A stretch of 64,000 nt of DNA from Candidatus Kaiserbacteria bacterium (GTDB lineage: Bacteria > Patescibacteriota > Minisyncoccia > Phycocordibacterales > UBA2100): contig CP070993.1 in the NCBI GenBank assembly GCA_017134395.1, forward strand, positions 526,199 to 590,198, read 5' to 3'. Shown piece by piece: positions 56,925-64,000 of the stretch. The stretch's first letter is position 1, and each line of letters starts with the position of its first letter. Under the pieces are notes generated by a model that saw only the letters and a list, made by a program, of their open reading frames with translations, was not told where the DNA came from and did no database searches. The position numbers were made by a program, and so were the translations under genes.

Positions 56925-57539
56925 ATGACTGACGATATTAAAAAAACAGAAGAAGGTGAAGCAGTAGTTGCAAAGACTGATGCAGCACCAGCTACAGATC
57001 CAAAAGCTGCAGCGCCAACAGCACGTACTGGAGGAGCACCTCGAGGAGGTCGCGGACCACAGCGTAGCGGTGGACGCCGCCCACAACGTGGAGAGAGAGG
57101 AGACAGAACTCCAGAATTCGCACAGAAGATTATTGGTATTCGTCGAGTAACTCGTGTTATGGGTGGAGGTCGCCGATTTAGTTTCTCTGTAGCTATGGTT
57201 ATAGGAGATAAAAAGGGACGTGTTGGTGTTGGAACTGGTAAAGCAGGAGACACAGCATTGGCAATTGAAAAAGCTATACGAGATGCCAAGAAGAACATGA
57301 TTACTATTGCACGTACTGAAACAAATAGTCTTCCACATAATACAGAAGCAAAATATGGTTCAACAGTAATCGAAATTCGTCCAGCGCAGGGTCGCGGACT
57401 CGTTGCAGGAGCTTCTGTTCGAACAGTACTTGAGCTCGGTGGTGTCACAGATGTTACAACAAAGATTCTTTCACGAAGTAAAAACAAGACAAACATTGCA
57501 CGAGCTGCAGTAGTTGCGCTTCTAAAGCTAGAAAAATAA
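56925..57539 (+). CDS. rpsE: 30S ribosomal protein S5
   Basis: RVTRVMGGGRRFSF. Confidence 0.98.
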   Translation: MTDDIKKTEEGEAVVAKTDAAPATDPKAAAPTARTGGAPRGGRGPQRSGGRRPQRGERGDRTPEFAQKIIGIRRVTRVMGGGRRFSFSVAMVIGDKKGRVGVGTGKAGDTALAIEKAIRDAKKNMITIARTETNSLPHNTEAKYGSTVIEIRPAQGRGLVAGASVRTVLELGGVTDVTTKILSRSKNKTNIARAAVVALLKLEK

Positions 57540-57543
57540 GCAT

Positions 57544-57999
57544 ATGACTGGATTACATTCACTTACAAAAAGTACAAGCCAAAAAACAAAGCAACGAATC
57601 GGTCGCGGTGGTAAACGTGGTAAAACAAGTGGTCACGGACACAAGGGGCAAAAGCAACACGGACGTCACGGTATTCGACCAGAGATGCGTGACATGATTA
57701 AGAAGCTTCCAAAGTTGCGTGGACACGGTGTAAACCGCTCTCGCACTGTAAACAGTAGTCGTGTTTCTAATACTCCTGTAAACCTTTCACAGCTTGAAGA
57801 AGTATTTGCAGCAGGCGATACAGTCACTCCAACTACTCTTGTAGAAAAGAAAGTAGTTTCAAACCGCGCTGGGAAAGCACCGCAAATAAAGATTCTTGGA
57901 CGAGGAACACTTTCTAAAAAACTTACAATCGAAAACTGTACAGCTTCTGAGACAGCAATAAAGGCAATCGAAGCTGCAGGGGGGAGCATAAAAGCCTAA
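57544..57999 (+). CDS. rplO: 50S ribosomal protein L15
   Basis: RIGRGGKRGKTSGHGHKGQ, IEAAGG. Confidence 0.97.
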   Translation: MTGLHSLTKSTSQKTKQRIGRGGKRGKTSGHGHKGQKQHGRHGIRPEMRDMIKKLPKLRGHGVNRSRTVNSSRVSNTPVNLSQLEEVFAAGDTVTPTTLVEKKVVSNRAGKAPQIKILGRGTLSKKLTIENCTASETAIKAIEAAGGSIKA

Positions 58000-58005
58000 C
58001 CGCGT

Positions 58006-59280
58006 ATGATTGGAGTATTTTTCCAAAAACTAAAACTTATAGTCAGAGACGAATCGCTACGGAATCGCGTTTTGTTTATGCTTGGTGCGTTGATTCTCTT
58101 TCGTATTCTTGCAACTATCCCGATTCCGGGAGTGGACATTGCACGTCTTGATCAATTTTTTGCAAACAACCAATTCCTAGGCCTATTGAACATTTTCTCA
58201 GGAGGTGGGCTTTCTAACCTTTCCATTGTAATGCTTGGTGTAGGTCCATTTATTACTGCATCAATCATAATGCAGCTTATGACTGTGCTTTCGCCAAAAA
58301 TGAAGGCAATGTACCAAGAAGAAGGAGAAGCAGGGCGTGTTAAGTTTACACAGTTCTCACGATATCTCACTGTTCCTCTTGCTTTCATGCAAGGATTCGC
58401 TTTCCTTACCTTGCTCCAGCAAAACGGTATCGTACCTCCGTTGGAGTTCGCTGCGATGATGACGAACGTTATGGTTATCGCAACTGGATCACTTCTTCTT
58501 ATGTGGCTCGGAGAACTTATCACCGAATTTGGTATCGGCAACGGAGTTTCATTGATTATTTTCGCGGGTATCGTTGCAACTCTACCAAGTACAGTAAGTC
58601 AACTTATTTTTACATTCGATATTTCACAAATACCATTGTACTTAGGATTTGCAGTTGCTGCTGTTGCAGTGGTTGCTGGAGTAGTATTTATTACTGAGGC
58701 AGAACGGCCAATTCCTATCACCTATGCACGGCAGACTCGTGGTGCAAAACAGTCAGGTGGTATTTCTACTTACTTACCATTACGAGTAAACCAAGCAGGT
58801 GTTATCCCAATTATTTTCGCACTTTCGATTCTTCTGTTCCCACAGGTGCTCGCGGCATTCTTTGTGAATAGCGCATTCCCAATTATTGCAACCATTGCAA
58901 CAGCCATTACAAACGGACTTACAAACCAGATTATTTACGGAAGTCTGTACTTTGCTATGGTCTTCTTCTTCACCTACTTCTACACTGCAATGACATTCGA
59001 CCCGAATCGAATTGCTGACAACCTTCAAAAAAGTGGCGCATTTATCCCAGGAGTTCGACCAGGAAGTCATACGTCAGAGCACGTAGGGAACATTTTGACG
59101 CGAATTACCCTTGTTGGAGCGCTCTTTCTTGGTGGTATTGCCGTACTTCCTATTGTTATGCAAGGAATCACTGGTATCACGACACTAACTATCGGTGGAA
59201 CCGCACTTCTTATTGCGGTATCTGTAGTTCTTGATATCGTGAAGCGTGTTGAGGCACAGGTTTCTGTCCGCGAATACTAA
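58006..59280 (+). CDS. secY: Preprotein translocase SecY
   Basis: GIGNGVSLIIF, AGVIPIIFA, FIPGVRPG, GGTALLI; terminator at 59296-59331. Confidence 0.99.
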   Translation: MIGVFFQKLKLIVRDESLRNRVLFMLGALILFRILATIPIPGVDIARLDQFFANNQFLGLLNIFSGGGLSNLSIVMLGVGPFITASIIMQLMTVLSPKMKAMYQEEGEAGRVKFTQFSRYLTVPLAFMQGFAFLTLLQQNGIVPPLEFAAMMTNVMVIATGSLLLMWLGELITEFGIGNGVSLIIFAGIVATLPSTVSQLIFTFDISQIPLYLGFAVAAVAVVAGVVFITEAERPIPITYARQTRGAKQSGGISTYLPLRVNQAGVIPIIFALSILLFPQVLAAFFVNSAFPIIATIATAITNGLTNQIIYGSLYFAMVFFFTYFYTAMTFDPNRIADNLQKSGAFIPGVRPGSHTSEHVGNILTRITLVGALFLGGIAVLPIVMQGITGITTLTIGGTALLIAVSVVLDIVKRVEAQVSVREY

Positions 59281-59398
59281 TCTCTTTTATATTTTTCAAA
59301 ACGCCCGGTTGCTAGCAGCTGGGCGTTTTGAGTTATGTAGACCTGTGGTGTAGAAAAAATAAGCTGGATTCTAGCGTTTGCTTTGATACACTCTTTGC

Positions 59399-59989
59399 AT
59401 GTATGGAAAGAAACAGGTGCTTGTTATTGCAGGTCCCACGGCAAGCGGAGAGAGTACATTTACTCGCGAGCTCATAGATTCTTTTGATAATTTTACTAAG
59501 TTGATTTCAGCAACTACGCGAAAACCGCGTTTAAATGAACAACATGGTGTTGATTATTATTTCTTTACTAAAGAGGAATTCTTTAAGGAGGTTGAGGCTG
59601 GCAATATCATTGAGCACACGCATGTAGCAAACAGAGATGCCTATTACGGTGCGTATAAACCAGACCTCGACGCGAAACTCATTAAACATCTCAATGTCAT
59701 AGCAAATACTGATCCGAAGGGCGCTAAATTCTTTAAAGATAATTACGGGGCTACAACAATTTTTTTACGACCAAAATCTTTAGAAGTTATTGAGGACAGG
59801 TTACGACGGCGTGATCCAGATATTACCGAAGAGGAAGTACAGAAGCGTGTTTTGAGTGCCAAAAAAGAAATAGAGGAAGCAGAGGGGCGTTTCGACCATA
59901 TTGTATGGAATACAGACGGGGAGTTTGCTGACACCATATTTAATGTGGTTGAGATTTTGAAGCAAGAAGGCTATAGTGTCCCGGAATAA
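59399..59989 (+). CDS. Guanylate kinase-like protein 1 (Walker A GPTASGES)
   Basis: ATTRKPRLNEQHGVDYYF and YYG GMP-binding motifs; P-loop Lys replaced by Glu. Confidence 0.88.
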   Translation: MYGKKQVLVIAGPTASGESTFTRELIDSFDNFTKLISATTRKPRLNEQHGVDYYFFTKEEFFKEVEAGNIIEHTHVANRDAYYGAYKPDLDAKLIKHLNVIANTDPKGAKFFKDNYGATTIFLRPKSLEVIEDRLRRRDPDITEEEVQKRVLSAKKEIEEAEGRFDHIVWNTDGEFADTIFNVVEILKQEGYSVPE

Positions 59990-59994
59990 CTAAT

Positions 59995-60564
59995 ATGCAT
60001 CTGAAAAATATAGTAATTATTTCTGGGCCATCTGGTGCTGGCGAGGACTCTGTTATTGAAGGTCTGAGTGAGCACGTAACAGTGAATCGAGTAATAACTA
60101 CTACGACACGAAGTCCAAGAGAGGGAGAGAGTGATGGCGAGGATCATTACTTTATTTCGAAAGAGGATTTTGAGGAACGTATCGAAAGTGGCTCAATGAT
60201 AGAATGGGCAAAACAATACAATGGGAACTTTTATGGTGTTACAAAAGAAGAGCTGCAACGAGTAAATGATCTAGATGGAGTTGGAGTATGGAAAATTGAA
60301 TATCAAGGAGTTATTACTGCAAAGAAACTTTTCCCAGACATAATATCCATATTTCTCATGGCGGAGTCACTTGAGGTGTTAGAAGACCGTATAAGGGCCC
60401 GTTCTGATGTTTCAGAAGAGTTTATAGCTGAGCGTATGAAATATACGCAAGAGTGGCTCAAACACGCTGATATATACGATTATTCACTTATTAATAAACA
60501 AGGACTGTTACACGAGACTATACAGGAGGTCGTGGACATTCTTCGTAAAGAACAGTATCTTTAA
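59995..60564 (+). CDS. Guanylate kinase-like protein 2 (Walker A GPSGAGED)
   Basis: TTTRSPREGESDGEDHYF and GNFYG; P-loop Lys replaced by Glu. Confidence 0.88.
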   Translation: MHLKNIVIISGPSGAGEDSVIEGLSEHVTVNRVITTTTRSPREGESDGEDHYFISKEDFEERIESGSMIEWAKQYNGNFYGVTKEELQRVNDLDGVGVWKIEYQGVITAKKLFPDIISIFLMAESLEVLEDRIRARSDVSEEFIAERMKYTQEWLKHADIYDYSLINKQGLLHETIQEVVDILRKEQYL

Positions 60565-60571
60565 GCACGTT

Positions 60572-61168
60572 ATGAATGAAACAAAAGCAAAGACAGTTCT
60601 TTTTTTCGGACCTTCAGGTGCAGGAAAAGGGACACAGGTAGAACTATTAAAAGAGCATCTTGCAAAAAAGTCAGACAGAAAAATTGTGTACATTGAAATG
60701 GGAGGGCTGTTGCGTGCAATGGTTGCCCGAGGTGACCTAACTGGCAAGTTAACACATGAAATTATTTCAAACGGTAAACTCATGCCCAGTTTTATGCCGA
60801 TATACTTACTAACTCAGTACCTCGTAGATAACTTTACTGGCGAAGAACATATTGTTGCAGATGGCGTTACGAGACGAGAAGGACAGGCAAAGGCGTTTGA
60901 TGACGCGATGGCATTTTACGGACGTGAAGATTACGAAGTTGTTTTGATGGAACTTTCTCCTGAGGTGGCACTTGAGCGATTGCTTGCCCGCGGACGTAAC
61001 GATGATTCTGAAGAAAAGATACAGCGGCGAATTGATTGGTACAATAAAGATGTACTTCCCGCACTTGATGTAATGAAAGAAAGAGGACGTACAATTCACA
61101 GAATTGACGGTGCTCCAGAAGTTGAGGAAGTACATAAAGAAATTTTAAAAGCATTACAGCTTGCATGA
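60572..61168 (+). CDS. adk: Adenylate kinase (short, LID-less type)
   Basis: GPSGAGKGTQ, RGRNDD; position before map. Confidence 0.88.
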   Translation: MNETKAKTVLFFGPSGAGKGTQVELLKEHLAKKSDRKIVYIEMGGLLRAMVARGDLTGKLTHEIISNGKLMPSFMPIYLLTQYLVDNFTGEEHIVADGVTRREGQAKAFDDAMAFYGREDYEVVLMELSPEVALERLLARGRNDDSEEKIQRRIDWYNKDVLPALDVMKERGRTIHRIDGAPEVEEVHKEILKALQLA

Positions 61169-61920
61169 TAATCCGAACGGAAACAGATCGAGATAACTTA
61201 CGAGAAGGAGGGCGACGCCTTGCTACTATATTACGCAAAGCGTCAGAAAAAGCTGTAGCAGGTGTATCCTTAAAAGATATTGACTCATATATTCTCTCTC
61301 TTATAGAAGAATACGGTGACACACCGTCATTTACTGGTTACGGAGAGCCGCCATTTTCTGGCGTATTTTGTTTGTCAGTAAACGATGGGATTGTGCATGG
61401 TATTGCGAACGAATACGAACTTATTGAAGGGGATCTGCTAAAAATCGATGGAGGTATTTGGCACGAAGGATTGTGTACTGATTCAGCGATTACTATTGGA
61501 ATCGGTACTATCGCAAAAGAAGATCAGGAACTTATATGGGCAACGAAAGAAGCACTTAATGCACAAATTAGAGTTGCGGTAGCAGGAAATACCATTGGAG
61601 ATATCGGTCATGCCGCTGAGGAGATAGCAAAAAAGCACGGATACGGATTTCCAAAAGAGTTAGGTGGTCACGGCGTTGGCCTTCAAGTACATGAGCCTCC
61701 GTTTATTGCAAACTACGGAAAGAAGGGTACTGGCGAAGTATTAAAAGCAGGTGATGTGCTTGCACTCGAGCCGATGTTTGCCAGAGGTTCTGGAAAGATA
61801 CGTCTTGCCAACGACGGATGGTTGTATGAAATGGTAGACGGTTCACAAAGTGCTCACTTTGAACATTCAATTATTGTTGGGGAAATAGAGGCAGAAGTGT
61901 TGACAGTCGAAAACGAATAA
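61165..61920 (+). CDS. map: Methionine aminopeptidase type I
   Basis: SVNDGIVHG, DSAIT, GHGVG..HEPP, LEPM, SAHFEHS. Confidence 0.97.
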   Translation: MIIRTETDRDNLREGGRRLATILRKASEKAVAGVSLKDIDSYILSLIEEYGDTPSFTGYGEPPFSGVFCLSVNDGIVHGIANEYELIEGDLLKIDGGIWHEGLCTDSAITIGIGTIAKEDQELIWATKEALNAQIRVAVAGNTIGDIGHAAEEIAKKHGYGFPKELGGHGVGLQVHEPPFIANYGKKGTGEVLKAGDVLALEPMFARGSGKIRLANDGWLYEMVDGSQSAHFEHSIIVGEIEAEVLTVENE

Positions 61921-61945
61921 ACGTACAGCGCGGTATAATATCGAT

Positions 61946-64000
61946 ATGCCGCACATGGAAGGGTCAACACCTGATGTATCCTCAACAGAACCCGTTGAGC
62001 GTTTTCGCACACCAGAGGAAGAACTTGCGTACTTACGCGAACGGGTGCGTATAAAAGAAACTGAACTTGAAGGAGAAAAGTCAGGCTTCGAGAAAGACAG
62101 AATTGCAAAAAGAGAAATTATTAAATATCACGATACCCCGGCCGAAGATGTTCTACACGAACGATACCAAACGTCAGAAAGTCATATATTACGCGAAAAA
62201 CTACGTCTCGAACCCGAAGAGCATGATGTACAGATTGATGAGCTTTTGAAAATGGTGGCAGATAAGGGTATTAAAAATACTCTCGCAGTGGTAAGTAAGA
62301 TGGGTAGTGCACATCTTGAAGATGATTTACATCGAGCGCTTGTTCAGTATGTTGCTGAAGGATTTTCAACACAGGGAGTACGGAAAGGCTCTGAAGACTG
62401 GAAAGCGTTACACATGGTCCTCTATGAGGTTTCGCTTCCAGCCCAAACTGCAAACGACAAAAATAATCAAAACCAAGATCTCGAAAAACTTCTTGCATCC
62501 ATGGAGCAATTTTATGCTGGGATGCTGAGTGTTATGGGAAAGGGAAAACTCCAGAAAAAAGATATTTTTTCTGTTGAGATTGCAGTGCATCAAGGAAGCG
62601 AAGAGGCGATTTTTTATGTTGGGGTACCACGCAAAAAAAGAGATTTGTTTGAACGACACCTTATTTCCATATTTCCTAACGCTCAAATCGAAGAAGTGCG
62701 CAGTGATTACAATATTTTCAGTTATGGAGGAGTTCACGCTGGGGCATATGGTGTTCTCGAAAGAAGTCCGGTGTATCCAATAAAAGAATACAAAGAATTT
62801 GTGCACGATCCACTAAACATCGTACTTTCAGCATTCAGCAAGCTTAAAAAACATGGAGAAGGAGCGGCTATTCAATTTATTATTGGCGACGACGGAGATT
62901 CATATAACCGCCAATATAAAAAGGTAGTTGATTATCTTCGCGATGGAAAAGAAGCAAAAAAGGCAATACGTCATGGAACATCACCATTTCGTGAAGCAGT
63001 AGACGCGCTTGGTGAGAATCTTGTTGATATAGCGATGAATCGCTCAAAGAATACGATAAACGATAAAGCAGTTGATCAAATGACTCTCGAGACAATCACT
63101 AAGAAGGTTAATAGTCGTATTGTTCCAGTAAACATTCGTATACTTGCTTCAGCACAAGAAGAGGGTCGTGCGGAGGACATTATTGAAAACATTGCATCAA
63201 CATTTAACCAATTCGAAGAAGCGCAGGGTAATGCAATCAAATTTATCCACGAACGTGGCGCAGCATTACGGAAATTCATGCACGCATTCACTTTCCGGAC
63301 ACTCAACTTTAAAAGACTACAGCCGCTTTCTCTTACGGAACTGACATCCATGTACCATCTTACGGGACAAGGAGTTTCAACATCGCGTGAACTTAAACAA
63401 ACACGTGCAAAACATGTTTCAGCTCCTATTGAAGTATCTGCAGACGAAGACGACGAAGAGCCAGTACAAAAGGCACCTTACGTACCAACTCCTGCACCTG
63501 TTGACCAACATAAAGAAGAAGTAGTTGCCCCAGCCCCAATGGCGAATACACAAAAAAGACGTGGTGTAATACTCGGAAAGAACACGTTTGGCGGTACTGA
63601 TACGATGGTCAAGTTCTTAGCGGAAGACCGTATGCGTCACTTCTACGAAATTGGACAAACGGGAACAGGTAAAACAAACCTGATGAAGAATATGATCATT
63701 CAAGATATTAAGAACGGAGAGGGGTGCTGTTACATTGATCCACATGGTTCAGATATTGTTGATATTTTGGCAGCTATTCCACCTGAAAGACACGACGATG
63801 TTATCTATTTCGACCCAAGTTACACAGAACGCCCGATGGGTCTTAACATAATGGAATATAATCCAGATTTTCCTGAGCAGAAAACGTTTGTAGTAAACGA
63901 AATATTCAGTATTTTTGAAAAACTTTTCTTGGCAAAATCACCTGAGTCGCTTGGCCCGATGTTTGAGCAGTACTTCCGTAACGCTGCACTTTTGGTGCTT
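61946..64000 (+). CDS. Large VirD4/TraG/HerA-like P-loop ATPase (runs off window end)
   Basis: Hand translation MPHMEGSTPD...EEELAYLRERV... DRMRHFYEIGQTGTGKT...QDIKNGEGCCYIDPHG; TATAAT 6 nt before ATG; absent from track because truncated. Confidence 0.85.
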   Translation, partial: MPHMEGSTPDVSSTEPVERFRTPEEELAYLRERVRIKETELEGEKSGFEKDRIAKREIIKYHDTPAEDVLHERYQTSESHILREKLRLEPEEHDVQIDELLKMVADKGIKNTLAVVSKMGSAHLEDDLHRALVQYVAEGFSTQGVRKGSEDWKALHMVLYEVSLPAQTANDKNNQNQDLEKLLASMEQFYAGMLSVMGKGKLQKKDIFSVEIAVHQGSEEAIFYVGVPRKKRDLFERHLISIFPNAQIEEVRSDYNIFSYGGVHAGAYGVLERSPVYPIKEYKEFVHDPLNIVLSAFSKLKKHGEGAAIQFIIGDDGDSYNRQYKKVVDYLRDGKEAKKAIRHGTSPFREAVDALGENLVDIAMNRSKNTINDKAVDQMTLETITKKVNSRIVPVNIRILASAQEEGRAEDIIENIASTFNQFEEAQGNAIKFIHERGAALRKFMHAFTFRTLNFKRLQPLSLTELTSMYHLTGQGVSTSRELKQTRAKHVSAPIEVSADEDDEEPVQKAPYVPTPAPVDQHKEEVVAPAPMANTQKRRGVILGKNTFGGTDTMVKFLAEDRMRHFYEIGQTGTGKTNLMKNMIIQDIKNGEGCCYIDPHGSDIVDILAAIPPERHDDVIYFDPSYTERPMGLNIMEYNPDFPEQKTFVVNEIFSIFEKLFLAKSPESLGPMFEQYFRNAALLVL

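Noticed and set aside
41046-59280. Long antisense ORFs over ribosomal and translation genes
   Set aside because: Typical antisense shadows of strongly biased coding sequence.
62067-63351. Several short track ORFs at the window end
   Set aside because: All lie within the single long ATPase frame starting at 61946.
1-64000. Alternative genetic code (UGA=Gly, code 25)
   Set aside because: TGA terminates conserved genes at their expected ends (tpiA, adk, ComEC-MBL), and core genes are intact under code 11.

Overview
This is a 64-kb core-genome window from a reduced bacterium of the Patescibacteria/CPR (Parcubacteria-like), using genetic code 11. The lineage call is inferred from the lack of rpmD/L30 between rpsE and rplO, a type IV pilus locus with a split comEC, and SD-less or leaderless core genes. 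Left part: dksA-like gene, pnp, NYN, rpsO, a Xer-type recombinase, xth, a CCA-adding enzyme, four tRNAs, yraN, HU, pheA, rny, clpP, tig, ppa and nusA. Middle: pilB-pilC-minor pilins, tpiA, pgk, recJ, rnhA, comEC and sod. Right part: the str-S10-spc superoperon through secY, two gmk-like genes, adk, map and a truncated VirD4/HerA-like ATPase. The most striking unexplained structure is: (1) a palindrome with core CTGATGCATCAGTA that fills the promoter spacer of a TrpR-like gene, directly repeats on the other side of that gene at the start of the ComEC-MBL gene, and recurs upstream of the minor pilins (candidate competence regulon or cassette sites); (2) homologous structured trailers behind two tRNAs, each carrying antisense and sense copies of its own tRNA T-arm, plus tRNA-mimic leaders before both tRNA-Gly genes; (3) about 16 copies of a TAA(A/C)GGACA(T/A) motif mixed with DnaA-box-like 9-mers and parS-like palindromes at 7.6-12 kb, with no dnaA or parAB in the window; (4) tandem guanylate-kinase paralogs that both have the Walker A Lys replaced by Glu; (5) SD-bearing orphan cassettes inserted into ribosomal operons. 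All calls are by eye from the sequence and ORF track; no searches were run.
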